Shown: piece after piece, positions 32,277-41,832 of the stretch
Position numbering within the stretch: position 1 is the stretch's first letter
Layout: every line of letters starts with the position of its first letter
DNA from: Chloroflexota bacterium
GTDB taxonomy: Bacteria > Chloroflexota > Dormibacteria > CF-121
Direction of reading: 5' to 3'
Length of the DNA: 64,000 nt
Assembly (NCBI GenBank): GCA_005880615.1
Contig: VBID01000116.1
Span: 1,494-65,493, forward strand
Notes under the pieces: generated by a model
The model's database searches: none
What the model saw: only the letters and a program-made list of their open reading frames with translations
What the model was told of the DNA's origin: nothing
Translations under genes and position numbers: made by a program

Positions 32277-34244
32277 ATGATCGACACAGTGCGGACACTG
32301 GCCCAGCCGTACTCCCACTACCTGATGTCCCATCGGGACCTGGTGATCGTGCTGATGGGCCTGGTCGTGATGTGGACGGTTGGCCACGACCTGCTTACCC
32401 GCTGGCGAATCCAAAGACTCAATCGGGACGAGGCTGGCGGTCGGACCGACCCCCGCTCGGTCGTGCGTCGCACCTATGCGACAGCTGCGAAAGCCGAGAA
32501 GGCGGCCGAGCCCGAACCGGCGGGGGGCCTGCCGCCCATCCGCGGTGGCCGCACCTATGCGCGCAACCTGGGAAATGCGCTGCAAAAGGCCGGCATCGGG
32601 CCGACCCCCGTGTACACCCCGCCCGCCCCCGCCGGCTGGGGAGCTGGCCCGATGGCGGCGCCCGGCCGAGGCGCTCCGCCACCTCAGTACGCCCCGCCGC
32701 CCGCCCCGCCCTGGGCGACGCCGGGACCGCCGATGCAGCAGCCAGTCGGCCCGCGGCCCGCGCCAGCCCCGGCCGGTGCCGGTCCGTGGCCAACCTACGT
32801 CCCACCGGCCGGGCCTGCGCCAGCGTCGCCTGCGCAGCCGTCTCACCCGTTCTTCCAACCGCCGTTCCAATTGCCATTCCAGCAGGCGGCCTCTGCCGCG
32901 CCGCCGGCGATGCCGCCGGTCGGGGCGGCACCCGCGCTCGGCGTGCCCCTGTCGGAGCCGGTCCCGCCGCCCCTTCCTACCTACGCGCCCACTCCGGTAG
33001 CGATGACGGCCGGGCCCGCCTCCGCTCCGGTGGAGCCGCCAACAGCCAAGGCCAAGCCCAAGCGCAAGCGGTTCTCGCTGTCGGTGCTGCAGAACCTGGA
33101 GAAGACCCTGCAGCGGACGACCGGGTTCGGCGAAACCGCGCCCGTAGCCGAACCGCCCTCAGCATGGACACCCCCGCCCGCAACCATGGCGCCGCCCGCG
33201 CCTATCTCCGTGACGGCGCCGGCCGCCGAGGACGAGCCGGTCGTCTCGGCCTCACAAGAAGAGGAGGCCAGCCCGGCCCCCGACGCGCAAGAAACCACTG
33301 TCGCGCCACACGAAGAGGCAGCGCCCGCCTCGCCCGCCGCGGATTATTCGAGGGTGTGGGAGCAACCACAGCCGGCAGTCTCCGACTCACGCGCCGCCAT
33401 GCGGGCGATGCTCTTCGGCGAGGACGAGGAGGCGTCGCCCCCGGCTGCCGACGATAAGCCGACGTCGGTCACAGAGCCAGCGGCTGAGCCGGAGGAGCCC
33501 GTGTTTCGCTTCGAGCCGGTGGTCGCCGAACCGGCTCCCTCCAGCCATGACGACCTGACGCATGAGGAGACGAGCGTGTCGCCCGAGCCGGTGGAGGCCG
33601 CCGCTGAAGCGGTCGAAACCCCGGCGGAGAGCACCGCAGAATCTTTGGCCGATCCCTGGCGAACCGAACCGCCCGCCGAAACCGCCGAGAATGCCAAGCC
33701 GGCCGAGTCCCAGGCCTCGGTCTCGTCCGCCCCCGACGAATCCGAAACTCAGGTCGAGGAGCCCCTGTTCAGCTCGGTAGCCGCTGAGCCTGCCCCGGTC
33801 GAGCGCCACGGGTGGGCGCCGCCGGAGAGATCCGAAATGCCCACCGGGGGCGATCGGGGCACTCTCGTGATCATCGAGGACGACCAGACGGTGGCCGAGT
33901 ATTACGCGACGCTATTTCGGGGGAACGGCTACACGGTGCACGTCGCCAGCGATGGCATTTCCGGAGTCGACATCTGCGCCAAAGTGAAGCCGAGGGTGAT
34001 CCTCCTGGACGTGATGATGCCTCGGCAGAACGGGATGCTGGTGCTGCAAACGTTGCGCGCCTCGGATGAGACGAAAGAAACGCCGGTGGTGGTGCTCTCC
34101 AACTTCAGCGAGCCAACGCTGGTCAAGCGCGCCCTGCAGCTGGGAGCGCTCGAGTACGTGATCAAGACCCAGGTCGAAGGGGCGGCGCTGCTGGAAGCTC
34201 TGCCTCGGTGGATGAACCGCGAGAAGGCGTTCGCGGCCGCCTGA
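32277..34244 (+). CDS. Membrane-anchored protein with a ~450-aa Pro/Ala-rich disordered region and a C-terminal receiver (REC) domain
   Basis: N-terminal TM helix (LVIVLMGLVVMWTVG), a long PxxP-rich spacer, and a C-terminal REC domain (TLVIIEDDQTVAEYY...ILLDVMMP...VVVLSNF...LGALEYVIK). No output domain. Confidence 0.65.
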   Translation: MIDTVRTLAQPYSHYLMSHRDLVIVLMGLVVMWTVGHDLLTRWRIQRLNRDEAGGRTDPRSVVRRTYATAAKAEKAAEPEPAGGLPPIRGGRTYARNLGNALQKAGIGPTPVYTPPAPAGWGAGPMAAPGRGAPPPQYAPPPAPPWATPGPPMQQPVGPRPAPAPAGAGPWPTYVPPAGPAPASPAQPSHPFFQPPFQLPFQQAASAAPPAMPPVGAAPALGVPLSEPVPPPLPTYAPTPVAMTAGPASAPVEPPTAKAKPKRKRFSLSVLQNLEKTLQRTTGFGETAPVAEPPSAWTPPPATMAPPAPISVTAPAAEDEPVVSASQEEEASPAPDAQETTVAPHEEAAPASPAADYSRVWEQPQPAVSDSRAAMRAMLFGEDEEASPPAADDKPTSVTEPAAEPEEPVFRFEPVVAEPAPSSHDDLTHEETSVSPEPVEAAAEAVETPAESTAESLADPWRTEPPAETAENAKPAESQASVSSAPDESETQVEEPLFSSVAAEPAPVERHGWAPPERSEMPTGGDRGTLVIIEDDQTVAEYYATLFRGNGYTVHVASDGISGVDICAKVKPRVILLDVMMPRQNGMLVLQTLRASDETKETPVVVLSNFSEPTLVKRALQLGALEYVIKTQVEGAALLEALPRWMNREKAFAAA

Positions 34245-34286
34245 CGTAAGCCCGATCCGTGGCTCGGCGAGAGCCTCTCGAAATAC

Positions 34287-34324
34287 CCCCACCCTACCCT
34301 CCCCGCCGGGAGGAGGGAGATTTA
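34287..34324. repeat. REP-like palindromic element, copy 4
   Basis: CCCCCACCCTACCCTCCCCGCCGGGAGGAGGGAGATTT. Confidence 0.75.
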
Positions 34325-37093
34325 GGAGGGGCTGACGCGCAGGGTCGCAATCTCCCAGGGCCGGACGTCGAACCGGGCGGTGTCACCCTCGAGCGTGACC
34401 GGCTCCAACGGGGCGCCATCGAGCGTGACCCGCAGCACTCGGCTCGGTGTGGGCTTGAATCGGACTCGGGCCTCGTGTGCCTGGTCCGCGGCGTTCAGCA
34501 GCCGCAGCAGGTAGCCGTCGCCGTCGGGGAGGCACGCCGTGAGCTGGATGGTCGCCGGCTCCAGGGTGATGGACGCGCCGCCGCGCCGCGGGTCACCGGC
34601 TCCGCCGAAGATGCCCGCCACCTGGAGCGGCAGGAGGGTTGCCTCGGCCAGCCGCCAGCCGGCGTCCGGTGTCCACTCGCCGTCGTGGAAGCTCAGGCTG
34701 TACTGGAAGCGGTGCGATCCGAACGCCTGGGCGCCCGGGGTCCGAAGCGGCGGTCCAGCATGGCCGCGCCGGAAGCGCAGGTCCTCGCGGGAGAGCCAGC
34801 CGACCGCCCGGATCAGGGTCAGAGCCAGCACCGGCGGCGGTCCGGGCAGGACCTCGTACTCGTGCAGACCATCGGTCACCAGGGTCACGCCGCGCCGGCC
34901 GTCGGACAGGTGCACAAAGCTGCGCATCGGATAGGTGGGCAGTTCCCATTCCGACGCGCCCTCCTCCAGTTGGGCCCGGATCACCGGCCGGCGGGTCACG
35001 TGATAGGCGGTATCGGCGTGCGACCAGGCGACGTCGAACGGGATCGGAAAATGAACCCGGAGGCGATGGTCAGCGGCCTGGTTGTCCAGTTCCAGGGTGA
35101 AGTCCAGCCGCGCCTCCGCGCGTTCCAGCGTCACGCGCTGCCGGACCGGAACCTCGATCACCGTGTCCGACCGCCGGCCCCGGTCCGGGCTCAGGCTGGC
35201 CGGGAGACGGTAGATCAGCTCTCGCTCCAGGGCACCGCGGAGGGGACCGCCTTCCGCCGTCCAGGCCAGGCCGACGCGTTCCGGCTGCGTGAGCGGGGCC
35301 TCGTCCACCGGCGAGAAGTTGTACTCGTCGCCGGCATCGCCCTCGTCCACCAGGCGGTGCAGTCCCGGGTAGGCCATGTCCCGATGCTGCACTGTGATCG
35401 TGCCATCGGATTCGAGCTGAACCGCCAGGCGATCGTTCTCCAGGCGCTCGTCAGCGACGGCCACCCCGGCGTGGCCCCGCGGCCCGGCTCGGGGCGTCAG
35501 CCGCAGCCGGCTCCAGCCGAGGCCGTCGACCCTGCCTGCCGGCACGAGGAGGCGTTGGACAGGCAGGGGCTCGATCTGGATCTGGAAGCGGTGCACGCCC
35601 GGCGTGGTGGCAAACGACTCGGCCGTGCGACTGACCTGGTCGAGGTCGATCCCGGTCGCGCCTCGCCCCAGTTGCACTCGCACCCGGACCTCGGCGCCGG
35701 CCGCTTGGAAGTCGACCGCCCGAACGGCCTGGTTCAGGATGGGGCGCTCGCGCAGCCAACCGAGTAACCCATGCACGTCCTCGGCTGGCAGCTCGAAGGA
35801 TTGCTGCGCATTCGACTGGGCAACGGCCAGCGATTGGACAGCCTGGCGCCCGTCGGGGGTTTCGACGGTCCAGTGCGGGTGGTCGCCGCTGACCTCCAGT
35901 TCCACGAGGCCGGCCCGGGTGAACGGACTCGGGTTCCAGACGACCGCCTCGTAGCGCTCGGCGTCGACGTCGCTGCCTCCTGCCTGGGCAGCGACCCGAG
36001 CCAGCCCGCGGGAGACAACCGCGTCCGCCAGCTGCTGCGCCGCATCGCTGCGACCGCGTGCCTCGACGGACACCGCATCGATGCCGCTGCCGCAGGCGGT
36101 GTCGTGGGCGGCGTTCTGCAAGACGTAGGTCCAGGCCTCCCGCAGAAATCCCTGGGCCGGCAGGCCGGTCAGCGTCGCCAGCGGCTCGGCCAGCCGCTCC
36201 AGGGTCAGGCCGGCGCGGAAGTAGGCTTGCTTGTCCCGACCGCGGATGGAGAGCGTCCCCATCAGGACGTTGGCGCGCGATGAAGCACGCAGCTCTCCAG
36301 CCCAGCGGGGCCAGCCCGAGGTCGGGAGCCGGTCCAGGTACTCGGCGAGTCGGGCCAGGCGTACCGTGACGCCGTCGAGGTGGGTCCCGGTCGCCGCCAC
36401 CGCCGCGGTCAGGCCTAGCTGCGGGGACACGTGGTCGTTGCCGTTCATGACCAGGACGTCTGACCCTGGCCCAAACGGCTCCACCGCCTTCAGGATCGTT
36501 CGAATTCGCCGCGCCAGGGCCTGACCCGTGGTGGGCAGGTCGACCCCCTGGCCATATCCGCCGGCCAGGTAGGCGGCGAGCACCGTGGAACCATCGGGGG
36601 CGACCCACTCGAATGCCACCCGGTCGATGGCGCGGGGCACCCCGCGCATGACCACGGCATGGCGCATCCCGAACTGCCGGTAGATCTGGGGCATCTGGGC
36701 CGCGTGACCGAACGAGTCGGGAAGATATCCGACTCGCATGGACCCGCCGTGGGCCTGGGCCAAGGGAATCCCGCGGGCCAGGTTGCGGACGAGCGTCTCG
36801 CCGCTCACGAGGAACTCGTCCGGTAGCGTGTACCAGGGGCCGACCTGGATCTGTCCGGCTTGAATGGCGCGGTCAACACGCCCGCGGTGTTCGGGGCGGA
36901 TCGCCAGGTAGTCCTCGATGACGACCGTCTGGCCGTCCAGCAGGAAGCGGAACGCGGGGTCGGACTCGGTCAGCGCCAGCAGGTCATCCCAGAGATCGAC
37001 CAGCCGGGCTCGGAACGCCTGGAAGGGCGCGTACCACTCGCGGTCCCAGTGCGTGTGGGGAACGATGAAGACGGTGGTCGAAGCCAGGGCAGC
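34322..37093 (-). CDS. Alpha-mannosidase, glycoside hydrolase family 38; N-terminal start codon unresolved (possible pseudogene or non-canonical start)
   Basis: DSFGH motif and the conserved N-terminal TVFIVPHTHWDREWY. The latter lies upstream of the first canonical start (GTG at 36808), in an open frame bounded by a TGA at ~37094-37096 with no ATG/GTG/TTG in between. Confidence 0.7.
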   Translation of the reverse strand, partial: AALASTTVFIVPHTHWDREWYAPFQAFRARLVDLWDDLLALTESDPAFRFLLDGQTVVIEDYLAIRPEHRGRVDRAIQAGQIQVGPWYTLPDEFLVSGETLVRNLARGIPLAQAHGGSMRVGYLPDSFGHAAQMPQIYRQFGMRHAVVMRGVPRAIDRVAFEWVAPDGSTVLAAYLAGGYGQGVDLPTTGQALARRIRTILKAVEPFGPGSDVLVMNGNDHVSPQLGLTAAVAATGTHLDGVTVRLARLAEYLDRLPTSGWPRWAGELRASSRANVLMGTLSIRGRDKQAYFRAGLTLERLAEPLATLTGLPAQGFLREAWTYVLQNAAHDTACGSGIDAVSVEARGRSDAAQQLADAVVSRGLARVAAQAGGSDVDAERYEAVVWNPSPFTRAGLVELEVSGDHPHWTVETPDGRQAVQSLAVAQSNAQQSFELPAEDVHGLLGWLRERPILNQAVRAVDFQAAGAEVRVRVQLGRGATGIDLDQVSRTAESFATTPGVHRFQIQIEPLPVQRLLVPAGRVDGLGWSRLRLTPRAGPRGHAGVAVADERLENDRLAVQLESDGTITVQHRDMAYPGLHRLVDEGDAGDEYNFSPVDEAPLTQPERVGLAWTAEGGPLRGALERELIYRLPASLSPDRGRRSDTVIEVPVRQRVTLERAEARLDFTLELDNQAADHRLRVHFPIPFDVAWSHADTAYHVTRRPVIRAQLEEGASEWELPTYPMRSFVHLSDGRRGVTLVTDGLHEYEVLPGPPPVLALTLIRAVGWLSREDLRFRRGHAGPPLRTPGAQAFGSHRFQYSLSFHDGEWTPDAGWRLAEATLLPLQVAGIFGGAGDPRRGGASITLEPATIQLTACLPDGDGYLLRLLNAADQAHEARVRFKPTPSRVLRVTLDGAPLEPVTLEGDTARFDVRPWEIATLRVSPS

Positions 37094-37101
37094 CTCAGAC
37101 C

Positions 37102-37301
37102 TTACATACGCCGGCGAACGACGATGAGCATGCCGGCCAGGGCGAACCCGATCACGATCAGCAAGGCCGCCACCCAGTAGTCAAGGGTCAGAGGCGGAGC
37201 CGTGCTGTAATCGCTGCGGGGGTTGACGCACTGGATGGGGACGATGCAGTCTGCCAGCACCGTAAGCACGGCCCGAGTGTAACAAGTCGATCGCGAGGCC
37301 A
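37102..37301 (-). CDS. Hypothetical small membrane protein (about 55-67 aa; GTG start assumed)
   Basis: C-terminal TM helix WVAALLIVIGFALAGMLIVVRRRM just upstream of the GH38 frame. Only the segment downstream of the REP element is considered. Confidence 0.25.
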
Positions 37302-37312
37302 CGTTACCACTG

Positions 37313-37350
37313 GCACCCTCCCCTCCCCCTCCCTCCAGGGAGGGGACAAT
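37313..37350. repeat. REP-like palindromic element, copy 5
   Basis: CACCCTCCCCTCCCCCTCCCTCCAGGGAGGGGACAATT. Confidence 0.7.
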
Positions 37351-37387
37351 TAGGGAGCGGCCCGTTGGTACCGCACCCTGTCGCTCT

Positions 37388-38995
37388 CTAGATCCCGCTG
37401 TGCCAGACGGTGGAACCCAGGACGTGGATCCAGGTGAGCCCGGTGTCCAGCGTGATCGGGTCCCCGTCCGGCGTGTAGTAGGCCGCCGGCACGTCGGGGT
37501 CGGCATGCTGCCAAGTGGCGTGGATCACGATGCCATTGACGTAGACCTCGGCCGGCCCCTCCCCGGTCAACTCGTAAGCCTCCGTGTGGTAGCAGTGCCC
37601 CATGGAGCAGAAGGTGTTGGCGGGATTGGTGTCCAGGAAGGAGGTCACGTGCTCCACGATGACCGTCTTGGCGTGCACCTGGCCCGTCCCCATATTGATC
37701 ATGGGCGCCCCGTCCTGCCACTTCAGGTATTCCTTCCGGACCGGGTCGTATTTCCAGACCGCGTCCTGGTCCGGGACGATGATGGCCGTCGCCGGGTCCC
37801 CGCTATGGGCGGCATCGTCGTGCTTGGGCGCGATTTCGTACAGGGGCCCCGGCACGTTCTTCGCCGCGGCGAAGTTGGTGGCATTGGCCCCGTGGATCAT
37901 CACGTTGTGGGGCGCCCACCGGTCGGGCGTCCGGAAGAAGACGTTGCCCTGGCCGTAGCTGAAGTCGTTGACCAGGTCCGGGTGCTGCCAGACCTTGCCC
38001 AGGACGTAGTCGTTGGCTCCGGAGCAGTAGATGAAGCCCTTGTACATCAGCTCCAGCCGGATGGTGATCAGGCGGCAGCTGCGAATGGGGCCGACCAGGA
38101 CCGGCAGGGGGTGCCAGTACACGGCCGTCAGGCGTGGCACGGACCCTTCGCTCAGGTACTCATAGATCATGTCGGCTTGCTGCATGCCGGCTTGCGGCCG
38201 CGCGTCCAGGCTGTTTTCGATCTGCATCAGGATGGGCGCTCCCGACCCAATCCGGCTGGGGTCGCCGGCCGACGGAACCTCCAGGACGGTGGTGAAGCTC
38301 AGCGTCCAGTCCGCCAGGAACGGATCGTGCTTGCGGTTGAGCGCTTGCTGCGACACCCCCAGCACGTAGGGCTTGCTGTGCTTGAGGGTCAGATCCAGAG
38401 TGGCGGTGAGCCCGTCGCCGGACCACTGCACCTGGCCGGCTGGCACCGGCTTGCTGTCCAGCAGGAGGGGCGTGCGGACGCTGTCCATCGCCTGAGTGAA
38501 GGCGATGGCCAGCTTGCCGTGCACCGGGACGAACTGGGCCGCATCTTTGAGCGGCTGATTATCAAATCGGACGGCGGCCACCGTGGGCGCCGCCTCGGTC
38601 CGAAACGTCAAGCTCCGGGTGACGGTGCCGCTCCCGGAGGCCTCCCTGGCTCCGGTGAGCACCACGTGGTAGGTGGTCTCAGGCGTCATGGTGGGGGAGA
38701 ACTGGAACTCGCGCGGGCTCACCGTGGCGAAGGTCACCGGGACCGACGGCGTCATGGTGAAGCCCTGCTGGACTGAACTGGCCAGCATGTCCTTGTTGAA
38801 CTTGAAGTCGATACTCGCCGTCCGGGCGACGGCCTGGTCCCCGTCGGCGACGTTGGCGCTGACTTCCAGCGGCATGGTCAGCAGCCGGACGACGGCCGCC
38901 AGTCCGACCAGGACCAGCGGGATCACCCCCACCCACCACCGACGGCGCGCACCCTGCGCCAGGCTTATTGATCCGATCCGATGACGTGAACCCAT
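37388..38995 (-). CDS. DUF3048 (YerB-like) family secreted or membrane-anchored protein with N-terminal Ig-like region, paralog A
   Basis: 535 aa. Conserved blocks PRLTAVYWHP, GPIRSCRLIT, YCSGAND, APHNVMI and GTGQVHAKTVIVEHV are shared with the adjacent paralog and typical of DUF3048. Confidence 0.6.
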   Translation of the reverse strand: MGSRHRIGSISLAQGARRRWWVGVIPLVLVGLAAVVRLLTMPLEVSANVADGDQAVARTASIDFKFNKDMLASSVQQGFTMTPSVPVTFATVSPREFQFSPTMTPETTYHVVLTGAREASGSGTVTRSLTFRTEAAPTVAAVRFDNQPLKDAAQFVPVHGKLAIAFTQAMDSVRTPLLLDSKPVPAGQVQWSGDGLTATLDLTLKHSKPYVLGVSQQALNRKHDPFLADWTLSFTTVLEVPSAGDPSRIGSGAPILMQIENSLDARPQAGMQQADMIYEYLSEGSVPRLTAVYWHPLPVLVGPIRSCRLITIRLELMYKGFIYCSGANDYVLGKVWQHPDLVNDFSYGQGNVFFRTPDRWAPHNVMIHGANATNFAAAKNVPGPLYEIAPKHDDAAHSGDPATAIIVPDQDAVWKYDPVRKEYLKWQDGAPMINMGTGQVHAKTVIVEHVTSFLDTNPANTFCSMGHCYHTEAYELTGEGPAEVYVNGIVIHATWQHADPDVPAAYYTPDGDPITLDTGLTWIHVLGSTVWHSGI

Positions 38996-40560
38996 GTCAG
39001 CCCCGTGTTGAGATCGACGGGGTTGCCATCGGGCCCGTAGTAGACGACGGGTACAGTCCGATCAGGGTGGCGCCATGTGGCATGAATCACTCCTCCGTCT
39101 GAATAGATTTCGGCCGAGCCCTCCCCAGCGAGCTCGTAGTACTCGGTGTAGTAGTGGTGGAAGAAGTTCCCCGGGGTGGTGTCGATGCGTGAGCGGACGT
39201 GTTCGACGATGACGGTCTTGGCATGGACCTGGCCGGTCCCTGCGTTGGTAAAGGGGGCACCGTCCTGCCATTTGAAATACTCCTTGGCGCTGGCGTTGTA
39301 GCGCCAGATGGCGCCGTGCTGGGGCAGTGCGATGTCGGTGGCCGGGACGGCGCCCGGCAGCGGCGCATCCGGGTGCGCGGGGGCCACATCGTAGGGCAAA
39401 GGCCCCAGGGCGGCGGCCGTGCGCTGGGTGACCTGGTCCGGCCGGGCCATCACGTTGTGCGGCGCGGCTCGCGCATCCGTCCGGAACATGATGGGCAGCC
39501 AGTAGGCGTAGTCATACACGATGTTCGGATACTTCCAGACCTGGCCCAGCACGAAATCGTTGGCGCCAGAACAGTAGATCATGCCGTGGTACATCTGCTC
39601 CAGCTGGACCGTGATCAGGCGGCAGCTGCGGACCGGCCCGATCAAGCTGGTCGGAGGATGCCAGTAAACTGCGGTCAGGCGAGGAATGCCGTACTCGCTG
39701 ATGTACTCGTAGATCATGTCGGCCTGCTGCATCCCCGATTGCGGGCGGACGGTTGGCTGGCCGCTGTTCTCGATCTGGATGATCACCGGGCCATAGCCGC
39801 TCCCAATCCGGGCCGTGGAGCCCGCGGAGGGGACCTGGATCATGGTGGTGAATCCAACCTTCCAATCCGCGAGCAGCGGGTCGTGCCGGCGGTTCAACGC
39901 CTGCTGGGGGACCGAAACCGAGTGGAGCCGACTGTGGGCCAGGCTGATCGGAACCGAGGCCGTGGTGGAGGTGGGATCCCAGCGGATGCTAGTCGCGTCG
40001 ACCGGCGCGCCGTCGACCAGGATGGGCACGTGGCTGGCATCCATCGGTTGGGAGAAGGTAATGGCCAGCGTGCCGCGCAGCGGCACCGCCTGCTGTCCAT
40101 CCGAAAGCGGCGCTCCTTCCAGGCTCAGCCCGGTGATCTTGGGCGCCGGTTCGGTGTGAAAGCTGAACGCATAGGTGAGCCCGCCCAAACCGATCGCCTT
40201 CCGCAGCCCGGCCAGGTGAACGTGGTAGGTGGTGTCTGGCTCCAGTTGGGGCTTAAACAGGAAGTGGCGGGGATTGATCTGGGCGAGGGTGAAGGGCGCG
40301 GCGGGGTCGATGCTGACGCCCTGCCGCACCGATGGTTCGTTCATGTCCTGGTTGAAGGTGAAGTCGATGGCGGTGGTGCGGGCCACCTGCTGATCGCCAT
40401 CCGGAACGGTAGCGCCGACTGACAGCGGGGCCGTGGCGGTCCGCGCCCCGACCACCAGGACGGCGGCGAGCAGCGCCAGGGGGAGCAGCCACCAGCGACG
40501 GCGAAGGCGTTGGGTGAGGATCGGCGGAAACCGGGGCATCGAATCTCTGGAAGGGTACAC
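38965..40560 (-). CDS. DUF3048 (YerB-like) family protein, paralog B (overlaps paralog A by 31 nt)
   Basis: 531 aa, about 55-60% identical to paralog A with the same conserved blocks. Confidence 0.6.
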   Translation of the reverse strand: MYPSRDSMPRFPPILTQRLRRRWWLLPLALLAAVLVVGARTATAPLSVGATVPDGDQQVARTTAIDFTFNQDMNEPSVRQGVSIDPAAPFTLAQINPRHFLFKPQLEPDTTYHVHLAGLRKAIGLGGLTYAFSFHTEPAPKITGLSLEGAPLSDGQQAVPLRGTLAITFSQPMDASHVPILVDGAPVDATSIRWDPTSTTASVPISLAHSRLHSVSVPQQALNRRHDPLLADWKVGFTTMIQVPSAGSTARIGSGYGPVIIQIENSGQPTVRPQSGMQQADMIYEYISEYGIPRLTAVYWHPPTSLIGPVRSCRLITVQLEQMYHGMIYCSGANDFVLGQVWKYPNIVYDYAYWLPIMFRTDARAAPHNVMARPDQVTQRTAAALGPLPYDVAPAHPDAPLPGAVPATDIALPQHGAIWRYNASAKEYFKWQDGAPFTNAGTGQVHAKTVIVEHVRSRIDTTPGNFFHHYYTEYYELAGEGSAEIYSDGGVIHATWRHPDRTVPVVYYGPDGNPVDLNTGLTWVHVIGSDQ

Positions 40561-40714
40561 CAGGCCCCGCGGGAGGCCGATGCCGAACGCTACCGGAGGC
40601 GGCTCACCGGGTCAACGGGCCGGTCTGGCCCGCTTGGTGAGTGCGACGTGGACAGGTTTTTGCAGCGCCCCGCTGCCTGGTCTGCCAGCCTGCCTCCTGC
40701 CCGCGCTCCGAGCG

Positions 40715-41032
40715 TTAGGCCGCGAGCCTGGGCTGCCGTGCCCTCAGCAACTCCTGGGCATCGAACAGCACATCCAGGACCCGCACCGGATCGCGCGTGA
40801 CGTTCCGGCTGAGCACGCGGTGCAACTTGCGGCTGACAGGACGGACAAAGCGCATGATCTCGTCCATCAGGCTCTCGGGGATGGCGGCATGCCGTCCCTC
40901 GATCAGGTTCTCGACCTGGAGCAAGAAGGAGTCCAGCTGTCGCACTCCCGCCCGCCGCCGCAGCTCCGCCTGGCGGCGATCCTCGGCCATCTGGTAACCC
41001 CGGTGAATCTCTTCGATCGCCTCACTGAGCAT
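40715..41032 (-). CDS. Hypothetical protein (105 aa)
   Basis: ATG start with AAGGGGG upstream. No recognisable domain. Confidence 0.4.
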   Translation of the reverse strand: MLSEAIEEIHRGYQMAEDRRQAELRRRAGVRQLDSFLLQVENLIEGRHAAIPESLMDEIMRFVRPVSRKLHRVLSRNVTRDPVRVLDVLFDAQELLRARQPRLAA

Positions 41033-41174
41033 GGCATGAACCCCCTTCCGGCTTGCCTTGTTGTCTCACCTTGACGCTGGCATAGAACTTGATAGCTAGC
41101 ATAGTACCAAACACGAAACCCCTGTCAAGGGTTTGGTATCTACAGAAAGTCCGCGGGTGAAGTTGGCTCCCCCT

Positions 41175-41354
41175 TAGCCCGAATCCACCGAGTCGAACTA
41201 GCATCTTGGGCGCGGGACGAGCGATCGGGGCGTGTCTCCTGCGCGCGCTCGGTTACGCACCGACGGGTGCGCGCCCTCGCGTGCTCGTCGCCTCCTTCCG
41301 CTCATCTCGCCCCGCATCCCAATCTGCGTCGTCCGATCGGTGGGTCCGGGCTTA
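41175..41354. mobile_element. MITE-like structured repeat, copy D (minimal ~180-bp form)
   Basis: TAGCCCGAATCCACCGAGTCGAACTAGCATCTTGGGCGCGGG ... GGTGGGTCCGGGCTTAGG. The 3' end overlaps the TAA stop of the minus-strand MerR gene. Confidence 0.8.
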
Positions 41355-41690
41355 GGCCGGACGGGCGAGGTCCTGGAGGCCCTGTAGCTCGTGTACCTGA
41401 TCGAGCTCCAGGCCCTGCCGCACAAGGGCTTCCAAGAGGCGAAGGACGTATTTAACCCCGGCCAGGTTTACGCCCTTTTCTCGGGTCAGAAACTGAATGG
41501 CCTGGACCCGGCGGATGTCCTCCTCTGAATAGCGCCGCCGATTGGTCACCGTCCGCTGCGGCTTGATCAGGTTTTCGCTCTCGTAGATCATCAGCGTCCG
41601 GGGATGCAAATTGAGGATCTCGCTGGCAATACTCGGGGTAAAGACGGCGCGGCTGGACGCGATGTCGTTCGCCGGCTGTGCGCGACCCAC
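41352..41690 (-). CDS. MerR-family regulator, HspR-like, paralog 1
   Basis: IASEILNLHPRTLMIYESENLIKPQRTVTNRRRYSEEDIRRVQAIQFLTREKGVNLAGVKYVL matches the HspR-type MerR HTH. Confidence 0.75.
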   Translation of the reverse strand: MGRAQPANDIASSRAVFTPSIASEILNLHPRTLMIYESENLIKPQRTVTNRRRYSEEDIRRVQAIQFLTREKGVNLAGVKYVLRLLEALVRQGLELDQVHELQGLQDLARPA

Positions 41691-41832
41691 TCGCTAGGCC
41701 ACCTCCCGGTGCGAGGAAAGCCTCGAATACGGCTCCCAGTTAGCTTACAGTTAGGGTATCACGAAATGGGCTCCCTCTGCAACCGGCCCGCCTGCTGACG
41801 GGCAGACAGGCTGGCGGGCGATACTGGAGCCC

